A stretch of 64,000 bases of DNA from Bermanella sp. 47_1433_sub80_T6. GTDB taxonomy: Bacteria; Pseudomonadota; Gammaproteobacteria; Pseudomonadales; Oceanobacteraceae. The DNA lies in NCBI GenBank assembly GCA_002162985.1, contig MAAD01000043.1, forward strand, positions 637-64,636, read 5' to 3'. Positions 20,368 through 30,671 of the stretch are shown one piece after another (the first letter of the stretch is position 1; every line of letters starts with the position of its first letter). Under the pieces are notes generated by a model, which was not told the origin of the DNA, made no database searches, and worked only from the letters and a program-made list of their open reading frames with translations. Made by a program: the position numbers and the translations under genes.

Positions 20368-22815
20368 CTATTTAGAAGTGGATGCGGAATCAGCAGGTTT
20401 TTTAGACTCGTCCTTATGGTCTTCTTCGTGGTCCTCTTCTTTGCCTATATCGGCGATATCCCTTAGGCGCTCAAGTACCCGGTAGTTTACCGAGCCCCTT
20501 GGGAAATTGCCTCGTTTGCTGAGGGCGCCTGCCTTGCGATCCATCATGATCTCCAGGGCCTGGTCTACGCTGTTGATGCCGTAGATCTTGAACTTCCCGT
20601 CGTTCACCGCCTCAATGACTTCGCTGTTGAGCACTAAATGTTTCACATTGGAGGCGGGAATCAGCACGCCGTGGTGGCCGCTTAAGCCCCGCGCCTTACA
20701 GACCGCAAAGAAGCCTTCAATTTTTTCATTGATGCCGCCCACTGCCTGAACCTCGCCATACTGATTCATGGAGCCAGTGACAGCCAGACTTTGATGAATC
20801 GGAATATGGCTTAAGGCGCTGATGAGGGCGCAGGCTTCAGCCAGGGAGGCGCTATCACCATCTATATAGCCATAACTTTGCTCCATGGCGATGGAGGCCG
20901 ACACCTCAAGGGGGAATTCCTGAGCGTAGGTGTGACCCAGGTAGCCGGTCAAGATCATCACACCCTTGGTATGGATGTTTTGACCCAGATTGGCTTCTCG
21001 TTCTATGTCCACTATGCCACGCCCACCCGGGTAAACCGTGGCGGTGATTCTTGCCGGGGCACCAAACGAGCTGTCACCTATAGACAGTACGGTGAGGCCA
21101 TTAATCTTGCCCACCGACTCGCTCTCGGTATCGATTAAAATGGTGCCATCCAGGATGTCATCCAATATTTCTCTTTGAATGCGGCCGCTGCGCTGTTGTT
21201 TGGCTTCTAGGGCACGACTCACATGCACGTCGGTGATGGTATCTTCCTGGGCCAATTTGCGGACAAACTCCGCTTCTGCCAGCAGTTCAAACAAGTCTCC
21301 AATGCGTGCGCTCAGGTGACGCTGATCTTCGGCCAAGCGGGCACTTTGCTCGATTAAACGCAGCACACCGTCACGGCTGATGGCCGCGTAGTCTTTTTCA
21401 ATGCAGCGACTGTGTAATAGGCGCGCAAACGACTCCATGTGTTCTGGTGAGCAATTCAGGTGGTCGTCAAAGTCCACCAGTACCCGAAACATATCATTGA
21501 ACTCTTCATCCAAATCTTGCAGCAGGTAATAGGTGCTACGGGAACCAATAAGAATAATTTTTACATTTAATGGCAGCCACTGAGGGTTTAAGGTGGTAGT
21601 GCTGACCATTCCCATTTCGCTGTAGGGGCTTTCAATTTTTAACTGACGGGAGCTTAGGGCGCGTTTAAGGGCATCCCATACAAAGGGTTCATGTAGAATT
21701 TTATCGGCATCCACTATCAGGTAACCACCGTTGGCCTGATGCAAGGCGCCAGGGCAAATTTTGCGGTAGTGGGTCACCAGGGCGCCCTGGTCACTGCTGT
21801 ATTCAATTCGGCCAAACAAGTTGGCGTAATTAGGGTGGGCCTCATAGATAACTGGCGCACCAGAATCTTGCTGACGGCTGACGATTAAATTAGGCAGATA
21901 GGTTTCTTCCAGGAAAATACGCTTGGCGCTGTCTTCACGGCTTTCCAGGGTACGGTCATCGGCCAACTCCGCAATGACCGTGCGATGTAAGTTTTGTTTG
22001 ATTTTATCCAGGTAGGCCAATACTTCTCCATTATCCTGGTAATGCTCAATTAACGGTTTCATGAGCGGCGTCACCGCCTGATCAATGGTGGTTTGGTTGA
22101 GCGCCTTGAGGGCTTCGTTGCTTTCCCGGCGCCACTGGGGCAGGGGCACCAGTTCATCGTTAAGCTGGCCTTCCAATTCGTGAATGTTGTTATGAAAGGC
22201 TTCACGGGTTTTTTCATCCAGCACTGCAAACTCAGTGTCATCCAGGCTCTTGCCATCTTTCATGGGGGTGAAACTAATGGATGAAGTGTCGCGGAACATG
22301 GCGATATTTCGTTTTAATGCCGACTGCTCGATACGGTCGATGACCCTGTCGTAGAGCAGGTTAAAGTCGCGGTCGATGAGGCTTTTCTTTTGTTGGTAAG
22401 TGGGGTGCTCGAAGGCCGCCGGAAAGGTGGCCAGCAAGTTGTCGATTAGACTCTCTAAATCTTTTTTAAATACCTGGCCGATGCCTGCGGCCAATTCCAG
22501 TTTTAATGGCTCGCGAGGATTATCAAAATTGTTGACGTAGGCCCAGTCACTGGGGCTGGCCTGACGCTTGGCTTCACTCTTTAAATATTCGCTCACGTAA
22601 GAGCTGCGGCCGGTGCCTGAATCCCCCATGACATATACGTTGTATCCAGGGCGGTCCATGGCCACGCCAAACTGAATAGCTGTGACTGCACGGTCCTGAC
22701 CCAGTACACCGTTGTAAGGGGTTAATTCAGCGCTGGTGGTAAAGGTCAGGCTGTTGTCGGGGATGTTGATGCTGAGTTGATCAGGTGATAACGGCTGATG
22801 TGTCACTTTGGCCAT
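20368..22815 (-). CDS. Lon-family S16 protease (LonB/YcbZ-like, AAA_32)
   Basis: GQDRA, GDSGTGRSS, PGALHQANGGYL, DGDSAS, GGINEKIEGFF. Confidence 0.92.
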   Translation of the reverse strand: MAKVTHQPLSPDQLSINIPDNSLTFTTSAELTPYNGVLGQDRAVTAIQFGVAMDRPGYNVYVMGDSGTGRSSYVSEYLKSEAKRQASPSDWAYVNNFDNPREPLKLELAAGIGQVFKKDLESLIDNLLATFPAAFEHPTYQQKKSLIDRDFNLLYDRVIDRIEQSALKRNIAMFRDTSSISFTPMKDGKSLDDTEFAVLDEKTREAFHNNIHELEGQLNDELVPLPQWRRESNEALKALNQTTIDQAVTPLMKPLIEHYQDNGEVLAYLDKIKQNLHRTVIAELADDRTLESREDSAKRIFLEETYLPNLIVSRQQDSGAPVIYEAHPNYANLFGRIEYSSDQGALVTHYRKICPGALHQANGGYLIVDADKILHEPFVWDALKRALSSRQLKIESPYSEMGMVSTTTLNPQWLPLNVKIILIGSRSTYYLLQDLDEEFNDMFRVLVDFDDHLNCSPEHMESFARLLHSRCIEKDYAAISRDGVLRLIEQSARLAEDQRHLSARIGDLFELLAEAEFVRKLAQEDTITDVHVSRALEAKQQRSGRIQREILDDILDGTILIDTESESVGKINGLTVLSIGDSSFGAPARITATVYPGGRGIVDIEREANLGQNIHTKGVMILTGYLGHTYAQEFPLEVSASIAMEQSYGYIDGDSASLAEACALISALSHIPIHQSLAVTGSMNQYGEVQAVGGINEKIEGFFAVCKARGLSGHHGVLIPASNVKHLVLNSEVIEAVNDGKFKIYGINSVDQALEIMMDRKAGALSKRGNFPRGSVNYRVLERLRDIADIGKEEDHEEDHKDESKKPADSASTSK

Positions 22816-23026
22816 GTAGGGGTGAAGCTCCTGTAATTATGGGCCAACCCTAGTGTGAAATGGCCTAAGTGACAAGCAAAACAGCGGGCTAATGATCATT
22901 TTAGTCGGCAAAAAAAACAATGGATTAAAAAATGTTCATTTACCTAAAAAAATCCTTGACGCCTTAAATAAGACCGGTCATATTATCTGTACAATAAATA
23001 CACGGGCAGGAAGCAAGGGGATAGGT

Positions 23027-23314
23027 ATGGGCGTGCAACTGGAAGATCGCACCACGATAGATATGTTTGTGGCAGCCAAGATAGGGCGGCCAAGATCCAA
23101 CCCCTATGCCCGTGATGTACAGATAAGGGTGAATAAGCGCGAGCAGCGCATGCGGGATAAAGGCAATGGCATGCGCCGCATGGAAGTGAAAATGCCCAAA
23201 GAATTGGTGGACCTGTTGGATGCCTACGCCGCCCAGCATGATTGTTCCCGTACCGAGGTGGTGGCATTAAGCATTCGCGAATGGTTTGCCATGCTGGAAA
23301 AGAATAATGATTAG
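23027..23314 (+). CDS. ybfE: YbfE-family ribbon-helix-helix protein (start reassigned)
   Basis: DRTTIDMF..GRPRSNP..QIRVNKREQ..RD, C-terminal RHH; AGGT RBS-like sequence before ATG 23027. Confidence 0.85.
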   Translation: MGVQLEDRTTIDMFVAAKIGRPRSNPYARDVQIRVNKREQRMRDKGNGMRRMEVKMPKELVDLLDAYAAQHDCSRTEVVALSIREWFAMLEKNND

Positions 23315-23364
23315 AGCCAATCGGCTCTGAGTTAGAGAATAATGCAGTGTCTCCTGCGTTTGCT

Positions 23365-23400
23365 GCGCCGCCCGATACATCTCGGGTGGCGCTTTTTTTT
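23365..23400 (+). terminator. Rho-independent terminator
   Basis: GCGCCGCCCGA...TCGGGTGGCGC plus T8. Confidence 0.85.
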
Positions 23401-23567
23401 GCATTCAAATAGGGGTTGAATTCAGCATACTGGCCGGGGCAATAAACCCAAGGGTATAGACAAGTGATTTAAGCTCTGGCTATGGTGGGGCTAAAATTGG
23501 CCGGACCATGTTTGGTTGATTAAGTGTGCTAGCATGCGCCGCATCTTTTAAGGTTAGAAGTAACTCA

Positions 23568-24896
23568 ATGTCAGAAACGCAAATTCAGCTTGAAGGGCAG
23601 GCTCTGTCGCTGCCTGTATATGAACACAGAAATTCTTTATATGAAGAGTTGCATAACCGCCCATCCCCCATAGTGATGTCACCTTGTTATGTTTCTCATC
23701 TGGCCATGATCAGAGATGAGGGTGCTGCACAGACGGAATATGAATTGGTCTCAAGCTTGTGTCAGCGTTTTAGCGTTAATCCGCCGCCTGTGGGGGCTTC
23801 CTGTTTTTACCAGGATTTTGGTGGTTTTGAGTTTCGTTGGGAGCGCCACACTGAATTCTCCACCTATACCTTTATACGTGCCAACAACGGCCATAACGAA
23901 TCGGAATTTGCCTTAACGTTTATTCCCAACGATTGGCTTTCAAAGCTGCCGGGTGAGCTGGTGGTGGCGCTGAATATGAAAGTGCAGGAAGGCGCTGCAG
24001 ATGAACAACAAGATCAGCATTTTTTTGAGGGGCAGCGCCCGGTGGGCAGTTGGGTGGCCAACGGTAAAGCTAAAGTACAAACCAGCTTCCGTTTGCACAG
24101 CGATGGTTTTGGCCGTTTTCTGGTGACCACAGACTCATCTCAAAAGGGCGGTTTGAACTCTTATCAAACTGGCCGCCTCATACAGAGGTTGCTAGAGCTT
24201 GAGACGTATCGATTAATGGCGCTTATGGGTTTGCCCGTGGCCAGATCGTTAGGGTCTGAAGTGACACAGATGGAATCTCAGTTGGCCAGCCTTAATCAGC
24301 GCATCGCCCAAATTCACAGCGAGGCGGATGAAAGGGATTTATTAACTCAATTATCTTTGATTGCCGCCCGCATAGAGCAGGTACGCAGCGATACCAATTA
24401 TCGATTTTCGGCCAGTAATGCCTACCATGTGTTGGTGGGCAAACGCCTCGATCAAGTGTATGAACAGCGCATCAGTGGCATGCAGACCATGCGTGAATTC
24501 TTGGAACGCCGTTTAACGCCGGGAATTCGTACCTGTAATAGCTTAAGGGACAGGTTAGAGGACTTGAGTCGTCGCATACACCGCACCACCAGTATGTTGC
24601 GCACCCGAGTCGAGGTGAGCATAGAAAGTCAAAACCATCGATTGTTAGCGTCAATGAATCGTCGCTCCAGTTTACAGCTACGCCTGCAGCAAACCGTTGA
24701 AGGGCTGTCGGTGGTGGCCATTAGTTACTATCTATTGAGTCTATTGGGCTACGTGTTTGATGGATTACAGGCTTGGGGTTATCCCATAGATAAATCCATA
24801 GCCTCCGGTATTGCCATGCCTGTGGTGCTGGCACTGGTTTATTTGTCGGTACGTCATCATATAAAAGAGTTAGGCAGTAAAGCTAAACCCAAATAA
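23568..24896 (+). CDS. DUF3422-family membrane-anchored protein
   Basis: ELHNRP, RWERHTEFSTYT, GRLIQRLLELETYRLMAL, LRLQQTVEGLSVVAISYY. Confidence 0.9.
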   Translation: MSETQIQLEGQALSLPVYEHRNSLYEELHNRPSPIVMSPCYVSHLAMIRDEGAAQTEYELVSSLCQRFSVNPPPVGASCFYQDFGGFEFRWERHTEFSTYTFIRANNGHNESEFALTFIPNDWLSKLPGELVVALNMKVQEGAADEQQDQHFFEGQRPVGSWVANGKAKVQTSFRLHSDGFGRFLVTTDSSQKGGLNSYQTGRLIQRLLELETYRLMALMGLPVARSLGSEVTQMESQLASLNQRIAQIHSEADERDLLTQLSLIAARIEQVRSDTNYRFSASNAYHVLVGKRLDQVYEQRISGMQTMREFLERRLTPGIRTCNSLRDRLEDLSRRIHRTTSMLRTRVEVSIESQNHRLLASMNRRSSLQLRLQQTVEGLSVVAISYYLLSLLGYVFDGLQAWGYPIDKSIASGIAMPVVLALVYLSVRHHIKELGSKAKPK

Positions 24897-24967
24897 TGCT
24901 GGGGCCTGCCATGTTTTGGCACACATATCGCTTGTATGTGGCAGGTATTACCCAAAAGGACAGCATT

Positions 24968-25423
24968 ATGACACCGTCAATCGATCCTAATTTCACATCT
25001 TCCGCTAATGGCCAATCCCATGACGTTTTTAACTGGCAGGCACTGATTCAACAGCACCAGTTTGGCAAGCAAACCAGAAACCCTGTGCAGTCCTGTATTC
25101 ACTTTCTTAATTGTTTTATTAGTCATGAATCCTTATATGGTGACAGCGAGGGTGCCCGCGAGATGATTAAAGTCTTGATGATTTTGCAGTCAGTGGATTC
25201 TCCTGCGTCGCCTGGTCAATTGAAACTGATAAGTTCAAGCTATGAGTACGTTTGTGCATACCGTGACTTGTTGCTGGAAACCCAAGCGCCCATGGATGTG
25301 TGTGTGCAGTTTGATCGTATGGTGGATGTGCTTGAGGTGTTGCTGCAAATTAGACAGCAGGAGACTAGCGGAGTTTTGTGCTCCTATGGTCACCTCAATC
25401 AAAGGTTGCAATGCAACGGCTAA
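24968..25423 (+). CDS. Hypothetical protein
   Basis: AGGA RBS before MTPSIDP; helical; no family recognised. Confidence 0.55.
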   Translation: MTPSIDPNFTSSANGQSHDVFNWQALIQQHQFGKQTRNPVQSCIHFLNCFISHESLYGDSEGAREMIKVLMILQSVDSPASPGQLKLISSSYEYVCAYRDLLLETQAPMDVCVQFDRMVDVLEVLLQIRQQETSGVLCSYGHLNQRLQCNG

Positions 25424-25559
25424 AATCGTGTTTAAAACGTTCAAACTTTGACCTCAGTTTGACATTTAAAATAATGTAACAAATTGTTCCCGTATAGGCC
25501 TTGCAAGTTGTCGCGCATACTTCTATAAAGGCCAGCTACTTAATTAATTATGTTATTTT

Positions 25560-28082
25560 ATGCCCTGGTTGTTAGATCTATATCGTCAGTCCGTTCTGCA
25601 GTTTCCCAAAGTTACCCTGGTGGTGGCCACACTGCTCATTCTTTTGCTGTCCCAAGGGGCTAAGCATTTTGAGCTGGACGCCTCTGCAGACTCCATGATT
25701 CTGGAGAATGATCAGGATCTGGTTAACTATCGTGAGGTATCCGATCGCTTTGGCAGCAGTGAATCCCTTATCGTCACTTATACCCCGCCGTGGCCGCTTT
25801 TTTCTGAGTCATCCTTAACCCTGTTGCGTCAAATACGTGATGACCTAAAGTTGTTGCCCAGGGTTGAATCGGTTAATTCGTTGTTGGATGTGCCGCTGCT
25901 GGAAAATCCACCCGTGCCGATTGCTGAATTGATTACCAATATTAAGAGTTTGGACGACGCCAATACCGATATTGAATTGGCAAAAGAAGAGCTGGCCAGT
26001 AGCCCTCTGTATAACAACATGTTGCTTAATTTGGAAAAAAATACCACCGCCATTCAAATTAATCGCCCCAGTGATAACAAACATAGAGAATTAACCAAGG
26101 CCCGTGAAGACTTGTGGACCAAGCGCGACCACCAGGGTTTGACGCCAGTACAGATAAATGAACTGGCGCGTTTAAACCAAAATATAAAAGACTTGAACGC
26201 TCAAAACTCTGCCGTCTTGCATCAGGATATAAAAGCCATACGAGCCTTGCTCAAACCCTATCAGGGGCAGGCGCAAATTTTTCTGGGTGGTGTGCCCATG
26301 ATTGCCGATGACATGATTACCTATGTGGAGAGTGACATGGTGACCTTTGGCATTGGTATATTCTTGTTTTTAATCCTGATCCTGGTACTGATCTTTAGGC
26401 GCATTCGCTGGGTGCTGATTGCCTTGCTGTGTTGCAGTTTAACGGTGGTGGTCATGGTGGGTGTGCTGGGCTTGTTAAATTGGCGGGTAACGGTAATTTC
26501 CAGCAATTTTGTAAGCTTGTTGTTAATCATGACCATGTCCATGTGTATTCACTTGATTGTGCGTTACCGGGAGTTGCATGCAGAGCAGCCCGATGCCACT
26601 CAAAAGGAGTTGATCAAGGAAACCCTTGATCACATGTTTAAACCCTGCCTGTACATGGCATTAACCACTATGGTGGCCTTTAACTCCCTGCTATTTAGTG
26701 GTATTCGTCCGGTCATCGACTTTGGATATATGATGGGCACTGGGGTTATTGTGGCCTTGTGTTTAGTGTTTGTATTATTTCCAATTTTTACCCTGCTGAT
26801 GGGGCGCCGCAGTGAAGCGGTCAACGCCAAGCAACACAGTCCCATGACGGACGTGTTTGCCAATATCACCCTCAAACATGGTCCCAAGGTCATCGGGGCA
26901 AATATTGTTTTGTTTGTGCTGCTGGTGGTGGGCTTGGCCAAATTGGATGTGGAAAACAGTTTCATTAACTATTTCCATGAATCCACTGAAATTTATCAGG
27001 GCATGAAAGTCGTGGATGAAAATCTGGGCGGCACCACGCCACTGGAAGTTATTTTGACCTTTCCTGTGGTGGATCAGGACTGGGATGAAGAGGAAAACGA
27101 CGACTTCTTTTTTGACGAAGAGGAAGATCAGGAGGATGACTCACTTAAATACTGGTTTACCACTGAAAAACTGGAACGCATTCGTGCCGTTCATAACTAC
27201 CTGGATGAGCAGCCCGAGATAGGTAAAGTAACCTCCCTTGCCACTATGGTTCAGGTGGCTGAAAAAATTAATGGCGAGGCCTTGGGTAGTTTTGAGTTGG
27301 GATTGCTGTACGGTGCCATTCCCCCTGATTTTAAAGCCATAGTATTGGATCCCTATGTGTCACCCGAAGTGGGGCAGGCGCGCATCAATTTACGTATTTA
27401 TGATAGTCAGCCCGATCTTAAGCGGTCTTTGCTGCTAAAACGCATAGAGGATGATTTGCAGGAAAAGCTGGGGCTCAAGGAAGATGAATTTATGCTGGCG
27501 GGCATGATGGTCTTGTATAACAACATGCTGCAGAGTCTGTTTGCCTCGCAAATCTTAACCCTGGGGGCTGTTTTTATTGGCATTATGGTGATGTTCATGG
27601 TGCTGTTCAGGTCCTGGCGTTTGGCGGTGATCGCCATCGTGCCCAACTTGTTAAGTGCCGGTGCGGTGTTGAGTGTCATGGGGTGGGCGGGTATTCCTCT
27701 GGATATGATGACCATTACCATCGCCGCCATCACCATTGGTATCGCGGTTGATAATTCCATTCATTATATTCATCGCTTCCGCGAAGAGTTTGCGGTGGTG
27801 AAGAATTATCGACAGGCGGTGTCCAATTGTCATGCCTCCATAGGCAAGTCTATTTATTATATTTCAATCACGGTGATTGTAGGTTTCTCCATCCTGGCCC
27901 TGTCCAATTTTATTCCTACTATTTATTTTGGCACATTAACCGGACTGGCCATGTTGATCGCATTGGTGCAAGTATTAACCCTGTTGCCGCAGATGTTAAT
28001 CATGTTTAAGCCCCTGGGCCCCGAGCCCATGGCTGTAAAGACAGAAGATGAGCTGCCACAAGGATCATTGCCTGAGTCTTAA
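25560..28082 (+). CDS. MMPL/RND-family transporter
   Basis: Two TM repeats; GGVPMIADDM, LGGTTPL, IGIAVDNSIHY. Confidence 0.92.
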   Translation: MPWLLDLYRQSVLQFPKVTLVVATLLILLLSQGAKHFELDASADSMILENDQDLVNYREVSDRFGSSESLIVTYTPPWPLFSESSLTLLRQIRDDLKLLPRVESVNSLLDVPLLENPPVPIAELITNIKSLDDANTDIELAKEELASSPLYNNMLLNLEKNTTAIQINRPSDNKHRELTKAREDLWTKRDHQGLTPVQINELARLNQNIKDLNAQNSAVLHQDIKAIRALLKPYQGQAQIFLGGVPMIADDMITYVESDMVTFGIGIFLFLILILVLIFRRIRWVLIALLCCSLTVVVMVGVLGLLNWRVTVISSNFVSLLLIMTMSMCIHLIVRYRELHAEQPDATQKELIKETLDHMFKPCLYMALTTMVAFNSLLFSGIRPVIDFGYMMGTGVIVALCLVFVLFPIFTLLMGRRSEAVNAKQHSPMTDVFANITLKHGPKVIGANIVLFVLLVVGLAKLDVENSFINYFHESTEIYQGMKVVDENLGGTTPLEVILTFPVVDQDWDEEENDDFFFDEEEDQEDDSLKYWFTTEKLERIRAVHNYLDEQPEIGKVTSLATMVQVAEKINGEALGSFELGLLYGAIPPDFKAIVLDPYVSPEVGQARINLRIYDSQPDLKRSLLLKRIEDDLQEKLGLKEDEFMLAGMMVLYNNMLQSLFASQILTLGAVFIGIMVMFMVLFRSWRLAVIAIVPNLLSAGAVLSVMGWAGIPLDMMTITIAAITIGIAVDNSIHYIHRFREEFAVVKNYRQAVSNCHASIGKSIYYISITVIVGFSILALSNFIPTIYFGTLTGLAMLIALVQVLTLLPQMLIMFKPLGPEPMAVKTEDELPQGSLPES

Positions 28083-28100
28083 TGGCAGCAAGGTTTATAC

Positions 28101-28130
28101 AAAAAAGCCCAGCATATGCTGGGCTTTTTT
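28101..28130. terminator. Bidirectional terminator
   Basis: Perfect palindrome AAAAAAGCCCAGCATATGCTGGGCTTTTTT between convergent genes. Confidence 0.9.
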
Positions 28131-28158
28131 GTGGACGATGGTTAGCGCTGAAATGCGT

Positions 28159-30018
28159 TTACATTCTGGCCCGTTGTTTCTTTTGATCTTCAATCCAGCT
28201 TGATACTTGCTGTTGAAGAATGGCCAGCGGCAACGGCCCCATGCTTAAAACAAACTCATGATACTTGGCTAGGTTGAAGTTTTTACCTAGGGCAAGAGTG
28301 GCCTTCTTGCGTAATTGAATGAAGTGCAGTTGCCCAATCTTATAGGCCGTGGCTTGCCCTGGCATCACCAGGTAACGCTGAATGGCATTGAGGCTATCGG
28401 CTTCGCTAAACGGAGTATTGCTTAAACGGAACGTCATGGCCTTTTTAATATCCCAGCCGTAATAATGAAGCCCTGTGTCGATTACCATGCGGTTGGCTCG
28501 CCACAATTCCATTAGTAGTCGACCGTACTCATTCCATGGGTCCTGATAGGCCCCCAGTTCTTTAGCCAGTCTTTCTGCATAAAGCGCCCAGCCCTCAGTG
28601 TAGGCTGTGAAGTGAGCGTGTCGTCTAAACTCGGGAAGTTGTTTGTTTTGCAGAGCGTAAATGGTTTGCAAGTGGTGCCCTGGAATAGTCTCGTGGTAGG
28701 CCAGTGCCTCAAACTGAAAGGCGGGCATTTCATTTAATTTGCTTTGGTTCATGTAGTAGCGGCCAGCACGAACGCCGTCGTCACTGGGGGGCTGATAAAA
28801 GGCCACCGGTGAGCTGTGTTGCCTGAATGCCTCCACCTGCGTCACCTCCATGGGCAATGGCGGGATGTTGTTAAATGCTTGCCCCAGCTTTTTATTGATG
28901 GCTCTAATATATTGTTTGCTGTCTTTGATGGCGCTGGCACCATCATGGTAATAGAGGCTTTGATCTCCTCGGGTACGATTGAACAGTGCTTCGATGCTGG
29001 CCTCCCCCAGCTGAGGCAGCAGTTTAATAATTTCAAGTTTGATATTGGCAATTTCTTGCAGGCCCTGGTTATGAATTTGTTCGGCCGAGAGGTTGGTGGT
29101 GGTGCTGGCTTTTAACTGTAGGTTGTAAAACTCTTTGCCGGACTCAAACTGATGAAAACCGGTATTGGCACTGGCTTTTTTCTGGCTTTGTTTTAAGTGG
29201 GCAATGAGAGACTGGTAGGCTGGTTTGTAGTATTTCTTGAGAGCTCTTTTCAGACTGCTGCGCAGCACCTTCTCACTCGACTCATAAAGCTTTAGCTGCT
29301 CAATTTTAGTGTCGAAATTTGACCATAGAATGTTGCCCTTGGATTTTTTATCCTTGTTAAACGGGTAGCCGTCTAATAATTTTTGGCTGGCTTTGATGGC
29401 CGATTCATAGGCAAAATCTGGAGCGGTGATGCCTTTATTCTCGCGAATTTTCAGCTGCTTGATGAGCTCTTTCATGAGAGGGCGTACGTTTTTGATACGG
29501 GTGATGTAGTCTTTAGCATCCTTAATGGTTTGTATTTGGTGGATGTTGACCAAAAAATGAGGGATCTCGGTGTGCCAGCCAAATAACTGATTTAGCGGAA
29601 AGTTGTGATGGCGGTAAGGATATAGCTGGTGATTTTGCTTAAGTTGGTAGCTGAGCAATTTAATGCTGAGGGCTAATTGGGGATCTATGGCTGCCAGGTT
29701 TATATTTTGTGCGGCGTGTAAAAAATCAGCATTCTTAAGGTGTTGAGCTTGCTGCGCCTGTTCGGATATATCGTCCCATTGATCGTAGTTGGTCTTTAGG
29801 CCTCGGTACGCTTGTAACATGGGGCTGGTATCCAGTTCCCATAGGCTAAATTGTGCCATCAAGGTACGGGCAGCCTGTTGCTGTTGTTGTATTTCCTGTT
29901 GGCTATAGGTGACCTCTACCGGTTTTATTTGCGGTTTTTCGTTTAACTGGCAGGCGCTCAATAGTAATAAGAGGGCGCCACTGAAGAAGGGGAGTAATCC
30001 CCTGGCTGAATAAGTCAT
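28159..30018 (-). CDS. DUF885-family lipoprotein (putative metallopeptidase)
   Basis: Lipobox LLSA-C; HETIPGHHLQ, EGWALYAE, RYLVMPGQATAYKIG. Confidence 0.92.
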   Translation of the reverse strand: MTYSARGLLPFFSGALLLLLSACQLNEKPQIKPVEVTYSQQEIQQQQQAARTLMAQFSLWELDTSPMLQAYRGLKTNYDQWDDISEQAQQAQHLKNADFLHAAQNINLAAIDPQLALSIKLLSYQLKQNHQLYPYRHHNFPLNQLFGWHTEIPHFLVNIHQIQTIKDAKDYITRIKNVRPLMKELIKQLKIRENKGITAPDFAYESAIKASQKLLDGYPFNKDKKSKGNILWSNFDTKIEQLKLYESSEKVLRSSLKRALKKYYKPAYQSLIAHLKQSQKKASANTGFHQFESGKEFYNLQLKASTTTNLSAEQIHNQGLQEIANIKLEIIKLLPQLGEASIEALFNRTRGDQSLYYHDGASAIKDSKQYIRAINKKLGQAFNNIPPLPMEVTQVEAFRQHSSPVAFYQPPSDDGVRAGRYYMNQSKLNEMPAFQFEALAYHETIPGHHLQTIYALQNKQLPEFRRHAHFTAYTEGWALYAERLAKELGAYQDPWNEYGRLLMELWRANRMVIDTGLHYYGWDIKKAMTFRLSNTPFSEADSLNAIQRYLVMPGQATAYKIGQLHFIQLRKKATLALGKNFNLAKYHEFVLSMGPLPLAILQQQVSSWIEDQKKQRARM

Positions 30019-30578
30019 TTTAATAATCCGGCAAGTCGAGCCTTTAAAAAAGCATCTTGAAAAATATGGAAAAATTGTAGCAGTTCTTTGGCCGTAGCGG
30101 GCTGGTTTTCACCCTCAAGCCAGTAAGCTAGGCTTTCCAGTGTGCTTAAACCACCGTCTTTTTGATTACGGCGTAATTTGTAGTCACTGGGTGGCCCTTG
30201 AATGGTTTTTCTTGGCAAGTTTTTTAGCCAGGGACTTTGGCGTAGCATTTTTTGGGATTCTTGCCAGGTACTGTCGATCCATAAATAACCCTCAAAGGTC
30301 TGTTCATTAACAGCGGGGCACTCAGCGTCTGCTGATTGAGGGTATATCAGGCAATAGTTTTTAAACTTGGCTTCCTGTTGACTGTTTTTTAGCCTATGCC
30401 AGGTGCTGGACTGTATATCACTGCACATTCTTAATAATCGCCCGCTGCTGTTTCGTTTTTGTATTTCTCTGGGGTGAAACAATAGGCTGCAATTGCCTGG
30501 CAAGATAACTTGGGGCGCAGACGGACAAATGCAGAAATTAGTAGGTAATGTGCATCGAATACAGTAATTAATTGGCAC
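30015..30578 (-). CDS. DTW-domain tRNA aminocarboxypropyltransferase (TapT/YfiP-like)
   Basis: CxxC..CxC, HPRE, IDSTWQ, RQSPWL, LSTLE. Confidence 0.88.
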   Translation of the reverse strand: MPINYCIRCTLPTNFCICPSAPQVILPGNCSLLFHPREIQKRNSSGRLLRMCSDIQSSTWHRLKNSQQEAKFKNYCLIYPQSADAECPAVNEQTFEGYLWIDSTWQESQKMLRQSPWLKNLPRKTIQGPPSDYKLRRNQKDGGLSTLESLAYWLEGENQPATAKELLQFFHIFQDAFLKARLAGLLK

Positions 30579-30671
30579 TTATAACAACATTCAAATAGGA
30601 TTAAATTAATAGCAAATAAGACCCCTGCTAATTTGAATGGGTCTTAGTCAAGTAGCTGCAAGGTAGCCAGT

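Noticed and set aside
22987-23003. Possible LexA box before ybfE (CTGT-N9-ACAC)
   Set aside because: Spacer is 9 rather than 8 and the right half mismatches
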